Shown here piece after piece: positions 25,213 through 38,610 of a DNA stretch of 64,000 nucleotides. The stretch covers positions 37,882,001 to 37,946,000 of the forward strand of contig OX597827.1 of the NCBI GenBank assembly GCA_951406725.2, read 5' to 3'. The notes beneath the pieces are model-generated. The model was given only the letters and a program-made list of their open reading frames with translations. It was not told the DNA's origin and did not search any database. Position 1 is the first letter of the stretch. Each line of letters begins with the position of its first letter. This DNA is from Octopus vulgaris (Eukaryota). Position numbers and translations under genes: made by a program.

Positions 25213-26699
25213 AATATTTGATTATTTGCTAGGATTGTTGTGTAATTAATATTTTAATTCCTTGTATATAAATGTTTGAAAGAGAGAGAGAGAAAGAAAG
25301 AAAGAGTGAGAGAGAGAGAGATGCAATATATTTAGTCATTGTGACTGGTGATTATGATATAGACTAAGAGTTGGGAGCTAGTGTGTCAGCTTCTGGACTG
25401 AGGAATATGCAGTTAATGCCAGTTGCAGTAAAACAGGGCTCTCATAGACCTTTTAAAGTATCTACCTTGCTCTCAAAATGAATGTTTTGAGATAATGTAT
25501 TGAAACACAAAAATCAATGATTAAATATACTGCCCGTCCTGCAATGTGAATACCACTGAGAAGTGAGTTAAAGCACTGTTAAATTAACAATTGTTTGTCA
25601 CTGTTTGAATCTCTTGAGATGGATGATTCATTCGCACCTCAGTGTGTCACAGCTATCTAATATTTATGGTTTCCCTTAAATGTATTTCTTACAGTTTCTA
25701 AAAAAATACCAGTAAACCAATAATTACATATACAACAGCAATTTTAAAGAATTGTTTTTATATTTATAAGAAAAAACTAAATTATCTAAAAGGTGAAGGA
25801 TTTTTGTTAAAAGAAAATGGAAATACAAATTCTGAGTTATACCATTGGTCCTTTTGTTGTTATTCTCTAAAATTTCTAAGTACCATACAAGTTTTCTGAT
25901 TGCAGTAACAGGTTCTCAGTGCAAAATTTTGGTAGATAAAAACTAACCATACATTTTATATCAATGTAGATTCTATCTTGCAGACAAAATAAGCCTCAAA
26001 GTATTCCAAGTTTCCAACAGACTTATCATTGATTCAGCACCATTTCTTTCTTTTTTTGACCAATTCTATTGTATTTTTATAATTAGATATTATTAGGACT
26101 TGTATAAAAATTGTTAAATATTTTGTTTATTGTAAATGTATAACCAATTTATTGCACATAAACTTTAACAACCAAGTAAATTCTATGGAAAATGAAAGTC
26201 ATAAAAATACAAGGACATATTTATTCCTTTCTACTGGAAGCACAAAGTTTCGAAGTTGATTACATCGAGCCTCAGTGCGTAACTGGTACTTAATTTATTG
26301 ACCCCAAAGGGATGAAAACAAAGTCAACCCTGGCAGCATTTGAACTCAGAACCTGAAAATAGATGAAATACCATTAAGCCTTTTGCCCGGCTTGCTAATG
26401 ATTCTGCCTTCTCACTGCATTAACAAGGACATTTATTACAAGAAGATAGAACTTTGGTGCTATTTTATTTAATGCAAACCTTGCAGTTGATGCTGCTCTG
26501 CTAGTTTTGCAATATTGGGCTCCAACCTTGTCAATGATAATTGATGATCACCTTTTTCTACAATGTCAGTTTTTGAATACAAACTTTTGACAATAAGTTA
26601 GTAACACAATTGAAACCAGATTCAACAAGGTAAGATGAAAGAAAAGCAGTAAGTACAGCTAAGCTTCCCCACAGAGTAGTGGATACTTTGTAGCAGTGT

Positions 26700-27953
26700 C
26701 ATTACTTTTCCATACATTATGTTCATCTTTAAATCTTGCCTGAAATATTTCATCACTCTGCAATTAAACAAGATTTTCCTGCAAACATGTACAGTACCAG
26801 CAAGATTAACTTCAAAAGGAAGAAGTTACCCAATGCAGTATATTTAAATGAAGTAGGTTGCTAAACTTCGCTTGCAAGTTTTTCAAATGTTCAGCATATA
26901 CACAATCACCATGCAGATTACTAACTAGGAAATTGTAATGCATGACATACAATATTCATTTTCTAAAGCTGTACTTTCCCCAGAAAAGCATTAATAGCTC
27001 CTTTGGAGAATATGAGATCAGTTTTCTCCTTGAAGTTGTTTATTAAACAAATTTTATCAAATATATCGCATTTAGCTGCAACCATTGTTGTTAGCCAGAA
27101 ATGAAAAAGTGTTCCAAAGTGCAACAAAACAACGCATACAATTACCTTTTAAGAACCATCTTACCTTGTGTGAATTACAAGGTATTCAAGTGCTTCATTT
27201 TGATAATAGAATTCATGAAAGATGTGGTCTAGTAAAGAATTTGATTCAATATAGTTGACTTTTATTACAATATTGAAGGCAAACATACACTTAATTGTTT
27301 TGCAAATAAGTGTTGCTGGTGTATCACACTATGCAAAATAATGCAGAGAGCATTTTTTTTAAATAGGCAATAAAGCTTGTCTGCCAATCATGGATGGAGC
27401 GCTGTCATCTTTTTGAGGGGAATATTTTCCTCCAAATAAGTTGTCTTTGAAAATTGTTTTGCCTTTAGTGTCTATTTTAAGACAAAATAATTTCCTCTTT
27501 GAATCCATTACCCTCCAAAATTCAAATGTACACTAATAAAATAACTTACTTATCTTACGGGATAGATTCATCAGGTTGAAGAATAAATTTCTTTACTTGT
27601 AATTTGGTTACAGTATCTTTTTTCCGTCTTAAACTGAGCACCAATCTTATCCTTTTGTTTTTGATTTGCCTGTATATGTATATACTATGACTGCTTTGGG
27701 TAGCACTGGCAGTATTCTTAAATACCAAGTATGGGTATGTATTTCTATTTTATTGCTGCTGTCCTCAGTGTCTGTTTTTGCTCAGCATTATTTCTCATCT
27801 TTCTAGGGAATTTTATGACCAGCTTCACAGATGTTTTGAAACTATTTTTTCTGTTATTGTTTTGAAAAGTAGAGTAGTAAATAAATTAGTAATAACAGGA
27901 TTCCTAGCAACATTTTTCATGCACAAGACTCCACATTGGAAACTACTGGTCTA
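26700..27953 (-). mobile_element. Highly decayed hAT (Charlie/GTF2IRD2-like) transposase remnant
   Basis: Minus-strand DDSAPSMIG (cf. TDGAPSMxG) and HSVIHQQHLFAK (cf. HCIIHQ). Possible terminus cagtagtt near 27948. Boundaries approximate. Confidence 0.6.
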
Positions 27954-28539
27954 AAGCACAATATTTTCATGATCCCTGAAAAAGTGTGGACCCAGCTCTA
28001 GATGTTAGTGCTGTACAATGGGACAGAACAGATGAAGTAATTCTGAAGTAGACTTAATTACACAGCCAAGCTAATTCTAATGATAAGAGTATAATAAAAA
28101 TCAAACAAATCCAGTCCTAAGTATTCCCCACCTCCACTTTTCTTTGTAATTCCAGTTACCTCTAATTCACACACTACTTCCACCTCATCGCCAGCAACCA
28201 TTGCTTTTTCTTTGCCATATTGTCTCGCATCTCAATCTTTATAGCTACTCCCATGCACCTTCATATTGGCCTCTTGACACATGGCAGTTGAGGGAACCAT
28301 TTTCATTTTCTCCAGTTGATTCTTGCTTTGCAAATTCCTTGGCAACAAGGGCTGTTATATGGGATAACCCATGTCAATGTGTAACCATTTAAACCAGTTT
28401 TTCGTTTTCACAACATTAAATGAGGATTAGCAGGTATTTTGATAAGCTGGGATAATTCAGTAAAAACTCCCATGATATAGTTCATAATCACTAATCCAGC
28501 TAGAAAAATTTCAAATTTCCTAGGCTCCCACTTGCTGTA

Positions 28540-29428
28540 CAAACATCATTTGCAAAGGTAGGCTTTTCCAGTTTGTCTTTCTGTTTATTATACATTTTTG
28601 ACTTTTAGCCCCAGCCATGATTCCAATGCATAAAGGAAGTACTTAACAGTGGTGTAAAGCTTAAACACCAAACATTGTCCACAAGAGAAAAAATTTTGAT
28701 GAAGTGATTTAGATTGTATGAAAGTGAAGGTGTCAAGCTGTCAGATGATCTTGTGTAAGAACAAGCAAAAACATTCCACAAAGAACTCAGATGACAGTGA
28801 AGGCTGGCAGCAGCATTTCAAGGATCAACATGAGTTAAAGTTTCATGCTGTGTGTGGTGAAACACAATCAGCTGAAAATACATCATTATGCAGATGGTTG
28901 TAAATCCCCAGCAGCAAGACAGTGATGAAAATGAGGAAGATGTAAAGAAAGTTTCTATTGATTGGTTAATTCAGCTAACAAATCTAAAACAACTCAATTT
29001 TATAAGTGAGCAAGAAATAAGGAAGTGCTGCGGCCAAAAATGCAAGATATGTTTAAAAAAAAAAGCTTGAAAGTGTACAACAGTCATCACTTGAAAATCC
29101 AGTGCCTTCAACATTACCTCACCCAGGTGTGCTGCCACTGTCATCATCAGTTCCTGATATTTTATTCACCTTACAAGATGATGATGGGAGTACTGGCAGC
29201 CCCTCACCCCAAGAAGATGCCAATCCTGATATCCCTTCATCTCAGTGATGATCTTTGTGTACGTCAACAGAATCAATGTACCAGTACTTTACCACTCATT
29301 TTACCTAGGTTTTATTTAGAATTTCATTTGATGTCTCCCTTTTCCTGATTTATAGGGTATTTTACCTAACCTACCATACTTGCACTCTCCAGGTCCCAAT
29401 AATGCCAGATTAGTGGTTGTGCACTGTA
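28540..29428 (+). mobile_element. pogo/Tigger remnant
   Basis: SEGWQQHFKDQHELKFHAVCGETQSA resembles the CENP-B-type HTH. Ends cactg-TA. Confidence 0.6.
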
Positions 29429-29498
29429 CAGAAATAAACACATCAAACATGTTTAAAACAATAAAAAAGAAAAAATTTTTTAATTTTCTTTCACATCT

Positions 29499-29504
29499 TT
29501 TATT
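29499..29504 (-). terminator. RPS7 polyadenylation signal AATAAA
   Basis: tttatt on + strand, 25 nt past the RPS7 stop codon. Confidence 0.7.
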
Positions 29505-29529
29505 TCAGCATTTGTCAATCCTGCTTTAA

Positions 29530-29607
29530 TTACAGAATATAATCAGGAAACTCAAATACAACCTCCTTCCCTGTCAATCTTTTGTAAACTGCTCGGAATA
29601 CTTCAAG
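29530..29607 (-). CDS. RPS7: 40S ribosomal protein S7, last coding exon
   Basis: LEVFRAVYKRLTGKEVVFEFPDYIL*. Poly-T/tttcag acceptor. Confidence 0.96.
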   Translation of the reverse strand, partial: LEVFRAVYKRLTGKEVVFEFPDYIL

Positions 29608-30268
29608 CTGAAACAAAAAAAAAAAAAAAACGTTTTTATAAAACTGAAAATTTCTTTTACTAAAACTGTGATTACATATGATCTAACTAGAGAAAACATT
29701 TTGTTGCCTGGTATTTCCTATAATGCCATCACCACACCATTGCCATAAAATGTCAATAATGAACTTTTTGTTTCATGAAACTTATGAAAGTTTGTTATAG
29801 AGCAAGTTTTTAATATAAATCTGTTAATAATGAACTTTGTTTTGAAAAAAAAAAAGTTATGAATATAAGTTGTTTTCATCTGGATTATCGCAACATTCTG
29901 TTTCTCAGTTTCATAATTTTTTTTAGTTCAGTAAAAGCATATTTTAATTCAGCTCGTATTCCCCATTTTTCCTAACTCAATCCAACTGATGTTTTTTTCA
30001 AGTGAATCTTCACTCATTGAATTCTGTATTTGTAGACTTGAATTTTTCCAGCAATTACAATCCCATGCCTGGACTGACCAAAAAATACCATTCCTTTCAA
30101 ATTGACTCTTTCACATCTTTATTAACCAAATTTTTAATAAAAATCTTATTGTAGTTGCACCCGAATGACCAAATTATTCCTTAAGGCTGTAAATTTTCAG
30201 TTGTGCTTAGGGGTAGAAAAAAATGTCCCCTATTTGAAAAGCTTTATTGTCTGTGGCATATTGCATTA

Positions 30269-31400
30269 TTAACCCTATCGTCACCAAACCGCCCGAAAAA
30301 ATTTTGGTTCATGTTGATCAAACCACCCAGAATCACATATTCATATGAGAATATCAGAGCAAATCTCGTTAGTTCATTTGTGAAAACACGTGATTATACT
30401 GCGTAAACAGTTCAGCTACAGTTTTGTACAACAATCTATGTGTTATTTTGATTCTGTGAATTTTGGGAGTTTTTTTCTCCAAATTTGCAATTCTGACAAA
30501 AATTTGTAATTCTGACAAAAAAATGGATACGAATTTCATTCTATCAAGTAGCGAGTCAGAATTTGAAGGATTTTCCACTGAAGACCTAGATAAATCTAAC
30601 ATGGAAAGTTGTAAAACATCCCTCTCTACAAACTTCAACCTTGTAGAATGCACATTGGAAAGACATTTCAACTGGCCATCCATTAGGAGTTTTTCTTTGT
30701 TGATAGACAATCACAGCACTGCCTTTTGCAAACCCCGATCTTTTTCTAATTTATGTAGATCAGCTGGACTCAGAGGGATATCTCTCTGGCAGGCTTTGCT
30801 TTTCCTTCTTGCAGTTATTTTTTTGGGGAGCAATAACTTGTCCTCAACTGCATTGCTACATCTGCTCAGAACTGCAGATGGTCACACCACCTGCAAGTCC
30901 TACCTGATTTGGTGTATAATATAAATGCATGTACAATGCTCATGTTTATCATATACAAAACCAGGTATTGCCACCATATATTACCCAGTCTATCAACCGG
31001 ATAATAACTCATCATCTGGTTCAGCCAATCCACACCACCCATGTACCTGTTATAATCAAGCAAATGAGGTGCCATTTTCATCTACATATGGTTACGCACT
31101 GGCAGATTATTTATCAACCTTTTATCTCTGTATGCAGTCGCTATATTTCATTTCTGCCATTGGATTATTTCAGCTCTTTCAATTTTGCTTTTTTATATAT
31201 CCAACGGCATTGTTCTTATAACATGGTTAAGAAATGTGCATGGATGACCTTTCTTCTTAAGTATAACCTACTACACAATCAACACCACCTAGCCAATGGG
31301 TGCTTTCAATGGAACCCAGACTCTTGCAGGCATTTGAGACAAGTCACCAGCTTGAGGCCCTGAAAAAACTCATGGGCACTATCATTACTTCCTCATTCCA
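30269..31400. mobile_element. piggyBac remnant in RPS7 last intron
   Basis: TTAA-ccct terminus. Minus-strand YNRYMGGVDWLNQMMSYY..WWQYL (piggyBac transposase C-terminus). Confidence 0.8.
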
Positions 31401-31468
31401 AAAAATCCAAACATTCACATCATTCAAGAAGTCCGACCAGCAATGTAAGATCAAAAAACCAAACATAC

Positions 31469-31619
31469 CTTATGTTCAATGTTAGTTTGTTGATTCTTGT
31501 CTAAATGCACCTTTATTAGCTTAGAGCCATCCATCTTTACACGTATCCTCTTGCCAACAATCTCAGCAGGGAAACATAAGTCTTCTAAGATTGCTTCATG
31601 GACAGAGGTCAAAGTTCGA
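31469..31619 (-). CDS. RPS7: RPS7 coding exon 5
   Basis: [50 protein letters not shown]. 151 nt, AG/GT boundaries. Confidence 0.98.
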
Positions 31620-31841
31620 CTAAAATGAAAGAGAAACAAGAATATCAATTAAGGAAAATGTGTGTGGAGGTATATAAATACAAATACATCACATATAAAC
31701 TGCTTATGAACATATTCTACTAAACGAGATTAACTCTATTAGCAATTACAATGCAAAATAAAGATAATAATATTCATCTTTATTACAAACAGATAAATCA
31801 TGTGTACACACACACACACATTATAGAATTTGATAACACAC

Positions 31842-31906
31842 CTGATAGGTCTCTTTTGCTTTTGCTTATTCTTGATCTTTCTATTGGGCTTTGGCAAAAT
31901 TCGCCT
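31842..31906 (-). CDS. RPS7: RPS7 coding exon 4
   Basis: RRILPKPNRKIKNKQKQKRPIS. 65 nt. Confidence 0.96.
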
Positions 31907-33189
31907 CTGTAAAAAGAAAAATATACAGAAATAGGTAACATTGTGACATTTCTAATGAAATACATATTACATGCAATTTCTCCCAAATAAGTACTTAAAT
32001 AAATTGAAATAAAATAACCTCAGTAAGTTGATGTTATGATCATAACATTGGGAAGCTGAAGTGGTTCCTTGGATTGCTTGCTCCCAGGCTGAAACCAGCA
32101 AATGCCTACTTTGATCACTACTCTAAAAGAACAACCTCCTCCAACTCAACCTTCATCATAGCAAACTATTTTTCTCAGCCAATTTGACTTCACTGACAAA
32201 GACAAATTGGCATAACAAAAAGCTCAGCAAAAAACTGTATTGTATGCCTACACATCCATTCACTTCATTAACTATGCATTTTTCCTATTCTCTATACAAA
32301 GTTGCAAACACTAAACAGTTTTAATAGAATTAGAAGTGATCATACCCACAAGATGTGCCAATAACAAACCACTTCAGTATTCCCACTGTTCTTAATGCAG
32401 TTAGCAACATAACATCTGCCAAAGGACTACAGCAAGACAACCTACTTGAACAGCTCCTCTTTGCATTAGCTGTTCACTAAACCATTCCACTGTCTGGTAC
32501 AGGACACTGATAAGTGTTAAGTAAATGGCATTGAAGAGCAATTACGTTTAACTTAATAAACCATAAACACAAAGTTTTGCAATGACTGGGCCACGTCAAA
32601 CTTAGAGAAAACTTCGAAAATGTAGCAACTTGTACCATACTAAACATTGAAAGCCACTTTACCCTAGACTTTCTAATTTAGCTCTATGTGGCAAATGATT
32701 AATTCTACCTAATGATTATTAATGAATATTTTCATCACATACTGGTGTTCATGCTTCCTTTCTAACCTAGTACACTAGTTTTGTATATACGCAAACCCAG
32801 TAACAGGCCCAACTACATTCCACTGTCTTATACTACAATTAGTACTACTGAAGTTATCCATTTTCCAACTGAAAAATGGATAACTTCACTGTATATGATA
32901 CTAGCAGAGATACCTGGCACTGCTCGAAGTAAAAAATGGCATAGTTTTTATTGTTTTGTTTTGTTTTGGTCGCGGGACTGTGGACATGCTGGAGCACCAA
33001 TTTTAGTCAAATAAATTGACCCCAGGATTTATTCTTTGTAAGCATGGTACTTATTCTATCAGTGTATTTTGCCAAATAGCTAAGTTACGGGGACGTAAGC
33101 ACAGCAACAATGTCAAGTGAGGGTGGGAGTTCAGAGACACACACACACACGTGTGTATGTGTGTGTGTGTGTATATATATACCTCCTCT

Positions 33190-34710
33190 GATATATGGCA
33201 TTTGGTCAATGAAGGAATTTGATGGCACAGCCCTCACCTGTTTCCTGCCATGAGATAGGCTTGTCTGGAACTCTTGACAGGAAGAGATCCAGTTTTGTTT
33301 TTAAGATACCTACATCCACACCATGCAGGTCTCTCAGGCATTCTGGAAGGATATTGAGCTGTAGGCTTTTGTAGCTGAAGTTGCTGCAGTAATTGGTTCT
33401 GTATTTTGATGGCGATGCTGGGATCTTAGACACTATGCAGTGGCACCCCGTTTTGCAGTTTACAATGCAACTTACAATGCCAAAATTTGGTACAAGGCCT
33501 TCTAGGATTTTCCAGATGTATATCACTGAGTATCTTTCCTGCCTTCATTCCAGGGAGAAAAATTTTAAATCTTTCAGCCCTTCCCAGTAGCTGATACATT
33601 GTATCAAGACGATTTTCTTAGTGTTGGATTGCTTCAAGTACCACCGTGGATTTTACAGTGTGGGGTGATCATAGTTGGGAGCAGCTGAGGATGTATGTCC
33701 TCCAAAGGATCATCGTTTCCTTTTCTCCTGGTTTGAAAGTTTGGAGGATCTATCCAGCATTTTATTACCAAATTGGTAATATGCACTTGAAAAGATGCAT
33801 CATTGCTTATGTCAGTGCCCAAATCATGCACTGATTTTGATTCAGGGACTTCAATTCTTACAGGGCCAGTGTATCCTGTCTGCATGTCATCTAGCTTTGT
33901 GTGCTGGTAGGTTAAGGCCTGAAATTTTCCTGCATTAAACTGCATGTTGTCCTCAGCCAACCTATACACTGCTTGCAGCTCTTGTTGCAGATGTTTAATA
34001 TTTTCAGGATTTTGTATTGTCTGAGAGACTGTTGTGACATCTGCATAGCTAGCAAGGGTGGCTATATAAGCAGCTGAGAGAACCACTATGAATAGCAGTG
34101 GCCCCAAGACAGTACCATGTGGAACACCACTTGCTATTTGTTTCCTTGGAGGTGGCCCCATTGGCCACCACTGCCTGATGTCTATCTTTTAGAAAATTGT
34201 GCAGCCACTCTCCAAGTTTTCTACCTATGCCGAGATCACAGTTTATGACATACTATACCATGGTCGAATTTGAGTCATTCAGCAGCTGTTTTAACTCCCA
34301 GTCACAATGTTGCAAGAGCTGTGTTTGACAGCTTCTACCTGGCCAAAATCTATGCTGTGTCAGCCAACAAGTCATTTTCTTCAAGGAACGCGATTAGTTT
34401 CTTGCAGACTATTCATTCCACAACTGTGCTGATATGTGAAGTCAGAGAGATAGGCCTATAATTTTTAGCATCTGCTTTTTTTCCACCTTTATGGATAGGG
34501 TATACTATCCCTTCCTTCAGCTTGTCTGGGAGCTTACCACTTCCAAGGAAGTTCTGAAAGAGGCTGCAGTGGTTTTGCAAGGGCTCGCTTGCATGATTTG
34601 AGAAGGACAACTGGAACTCCCATCAGGGCCAGCAGCTGAGTTTGTGTCAACCTCATCTATGGCCAGCCAGCATTACATCTGCAATGTTTATGTACTCGAT
34701 TTTGCCTCTC
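33190..34710 (-). mobile_element. CR1/L2-group LINE RT remnant
   Basis: NYRPISLTS, SGVPHGTVLGPLLF, YADV, IYIWKILEGLVPN. Same family as 42230-43220. Confidence 0.88.
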
Positions 34711-35037
34711 CCTCTCTATATATATACATACATATAAATCTATCTCTCTCTACAATAAAGACATTGTTTCACTTTTGCCACATAATACTGAAATAGCGTA
34801 AGAGATTGCAATGGGCTCGCATTAGGCAAGAAGTTGAACATTCTTTTGGCCCAATACACTGTATGTCCCCTAAGAAGGCATGTGTAAAATTGGGATGAAA
34901 TTGGGCGTAGTTACTACAGCAGCTTCAAACAATGGAAACAAAATTTTACATGCAAAGTTGTTTATAGCACGATAGGTATCTTTGTTCTAATTAAACAATT
35001 TACTTTTAAAGATAAACAAAGTTCTTTTTTTACTCAC

Positions 35038-35178
35038 CTGTGCAATGAAAACTACATGTTTCCCACTGAACTTCTTTTCTAATTCTCTTACTAAACGGAT
35101 CTGTATCTTCTGGTAGGACCTCAGCTGAGGTACAGGGACAAAAATAATGATGGCTTTTTTGCCACGGATGTCAATTTC
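35038..35178 (-). CDS. RPS7: RPS7 coding exon 3
   Basis: [47 protein letters not shown]. gtgagt donor. Confidence 0.98.
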
Positions 35179-35206
35179 CTGATGCAAAAAGAAAAAAAAA
35201 ATGTCA

Positions 35207-35600
35207 CTAACCCTTTCATAAAACCACGACTATAAAATTTCAGTCAATATTACTAAACCATCCCAAACCAGCCATAATGATTTATTCCTATTTTAATGAG
35301 AATTTCAGCACAAATCTCGTTAGTAAATGTTTCACTATGGATGAAAAGAGATACCAGTTTCATGCTATCAAGTAGCAACTTTGAATTTGAAGTATTTTGG
35401 AAAGACAGAAAATCTCAGAGAATATACGTGTGATAGCAAAAATCAGATTTTGTTCGTCACCTTGGAGGATGTAGAAGGGCGACGGAGAACACTGGCGGAT
35501 CTGGTTGGCTCTACGCATGCTGCTGCTTCTGAAACCACTAACTTGAAATGATCCCAGCCCCAACAACCAAGAGCATGAAGCCAAGCCTATGTGCATTAAG
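35207..35600 (+). mobile_element. piggyBac-type terminal fragment (related to 30269 element)
   Basis: taaccct start. Shares atgagaat..caaatctcgttagt and ctatcaagtagc..gaatttgaag blocks with 30345-30570. Confidence 0.65.
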
Positions 35601-35995
35601 TTGAACTAATAAATAATTAGTAATTTGCACAATTCTTCTGTATCAAAATCTTGTATACCCATTGAATTAGCTAATAATTCATTTTCTAGGCAGATGATTA
35701 AACAAAATTTAAATAATTTTATATATTGCTGAATTTACCTGTAATTAGATTTACTGAGATGGAAAAATCATGAAATAGTTGGTTAAGAACCTATCGTGTT
35801 CCAAAAATTACAATATGTTGATAAATAAACACTGAGTTGTTTTATTAAACCAGTATAAATTTTCAACTATTTTAGAATTTAATTGAAACACAGAAGGCAT
35901 GTAATTTAGTTAGAAATATACTAACAAAAAGGTTAAATATAATCAAAGCACAACAAACTGCAGAATTTGATGATGTATAAAATAAACCAACCAAC

Positions 35996-36067
35996 CTTTG
36001 CTCCAGTAATGTACAGCTCTCTCAACTGGTTCTTTAAATCACTACTAATTTCCAACTCCAAAAGAGC
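35996..36067 (-). CDS. RPS7: RPS7 coding exon 2
   Basis: ALLELEISSDLKNQLRELYITGAK. 72 nt, phase 0. Confidence 0.97.
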
Positions 36068-36218
36068 CTGCAAAAGTATGGAGATGTACACAAATTGAAA
36101 ACCAAACACATACAAACATACTACACTACAGAATATATCAATAGATTTTATTCATCATTACTTAAATGTAAAGTATGCCTATTTTTTAAAACTATTTAAT
36201 CAAAGAGAAAACAGTGCT

Positions 36219-36266
<48 letters not shown>

Positions 36267-36449
36267 ACCATACATATGTATGAAGGCACAGACGTGGCAG
36301 TGTGGCAAGAAGCAATCTGAGCACTTTTGGCAATCAATTTAATTATGGGTATAAGGAAAGCCACAAACCTTTTGAAGATCAAGGTCTCCAGTATCATGAC
36401 AGAAACAAGATTTTAAAAATTATCAGTTTCTATGAGACACTAGAGTACA

Positions 36450-36860
36450 CCAATATGTGGAGATCCAAACATTAATCCCTTATAAAAATAAAACTCATCG
36501 GCTGTGACCAAAGCTCTTATAAAATATTCTATACACCAGTGAGATACCTATCTCCCGATGAGCATATGGTGGAATACATAGGTAGAACACGTTTCTAACA
36601 GTACATGCCTGGAAAACCCACAAGATCAAAGTTTGGAAGATTTGCAATGCAAGTACTGGGTATAGTTGTGGGTTCAATTTCTATACGGAGGAAAAGTAGA
36701 ATAATGTAAGCTAGCATGAGCTAGAGTACTATATTTATTCTGTCCTGTTTTTTCAGTTCAGTCTAACTTGAGTGGATTCACAAACTGTGGTAGCATACAT
36801 ATAAGCTACAGTAGTTGCAAGTAGGAAAGGGACGCCATTGGATATATAAAAAGCCAAGTT
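36450..36860 (+). mobile_element. piggyBac transposase core remnant
   Basis: YTPVRYLSPDEHMVEYIGR..F*QYMPGKPT..IKVWKICNASTGY (DDD domain). Contains stops and deletions. Confidence 0.75.
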
Positions 36861-37160
36861 CTGATCCACAATTTTGTCTTGTCTGGGAAATGAAAACAGT
36901 GTAATTTAAATGCAACAAAGGGATTAATGAAATTTGAACACGGAGGGGGTGGTGATGGTTTTAAAACCATGGTAGCATCTTGAAAAGCAGAGTTAATCTT
37001 AGGTAGGTTTGTACCTAAAGTGCTAAAATACTCGTGAACTATGGAATATGTTTATAGAAAAGTTGAAACAAAATTGTGTGCGTGTGTGTGTATATATATA
37101 TATACCCACACACATGCACGAGTGATTGTAACAGCAATACCAGAGTAATCAAAAACTAAC

Positions 37161-37235
37161 CTGAGAAATTTGTGATTCAAAATCATCAGGCTTCTCGCCC
37201 GGAGGTTTAACAATCTTAGCGCAACTGGAATACAT
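37161..37235 (-). CDS. RPS7: RPS7 coding exon 1
   Basis: MYSSCAKIVKPPGEKPDDFESQISQ. The ATG directly follows a tttgtag acceptor. Joined CDS is 582 nt (193 aa). Confidence 0.96.
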
Positions 37236-37956
37236 CTACAAATGTAAAATTGATACAAAATTAGTACATTTTAGGATATACATACATGTTATGGAAAATA
37301 TTTTCATACCTAGGTCACTGAAATTTATGTGATAGGCAGGGAATATCTTATGTCATACCAAGTATTTGGCAATTGTTCAGTTTACGGTTGCAAGAAAAAA
37401 ATAAATAAAATAAAAAGGACATAACTAAATACACCTGAGTATGTTGCCTGATACGTTACTCTTGTCCACCCCCCATGTCATCTTTATCTGTTGTTTACAA
37501 CTGATTCCTAGCTTCCCTTTGGAGAAAATGATTAGTTGGACTCAAAACTATTTGTATCTCTCACACATAGATCTGTATTTTTTGACTGGTTGTCTAGCTA
37601 TTATTTCTTACTGCTTTCTTTTTCCCTAAAAGTACGCCTCAAAAAAGATATAAAATAAAGAACTGAGAAAAAACAAAAACTGAACAAGTACCCAAGATAG
37701 TTTACCAATATTACAGATTTCACTAACAAAACAATCAATCCAAAAATTACACTGCGATCCAATAAAAAAAGGATGAAGTAATGAAGTCTGCTAGATCAGG
37801 GGCCGCTCAGTAAATAACAACCACTTATACATGTCAAAGGACGAGATAGAAATAGCTAAATTTCCTTCAAATCACACTTGTTCATGGTTGACTTAGGCCC
37901 TACCTCTCCACACACCTATAAATACATTCTTGTTTCCTGTCTATCTGATAAGAGCA

Positions 37957-38610
37957 CGGGGTATTCAGACTAAATCTGAAAGTTTGCATAAAAAGGAAAA
38001 AACAATATCCCATTCAAAAATATTGTTTTTTAAATAAATAAAAAAAAATACCAACTAGATTATGGCCAGAAAATAGGTTTAATTTTAAAGTTAGTACCCT
38101 CAGCTTCAAGATAGCTCTGGCACCTGACAGAATCTTCTAACACCTGCTTGATCTTGGTCACCAGCTCAGCCGTGGTAGAGCAGTTGGTGTCCTCAACTAC
38201 GCTCCTCATATACTAATGCATGCAATTTACACTCAGGGGAGACCAGAAATTGGGGCTGATGAAGTCATAAATTCTCCAACAGACACTTCTGACTATTTTC
38301 CGACGTATGACAAAGAACCGAACCGTTCCAAGATCAAGTCCCCGCGTCCAGCAGCTTCACGTAGCCATCAGGATTGAGTCGAAGGCCCGTTCAATGTTGT
38401 CATCACCTTCTAAGTCTTGATGTAGCCTTTAGTGTTCATAGAACACTAGTAATGATGTCGGCATTTTGATACGCGAAGAGGAGCTTCATGATACGGGTAA
38501 TTCTCTCCCAATAGGCTTCAGTACTCCATGTCAGCAAAAATTATCTCAACTACATTAATCTTTATGCTAGCCAAGGGAAAAAAAAAAACAAATATGGTCC
38601 GAACACCCTG
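37957..38610. mobile_element. Internally deleted mariner-like element in RPS7 intron 1
   Basis: Imperfect TIRs cggggtattcagac / gtccgaacaccctg-TA. Confidence 0.55.
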
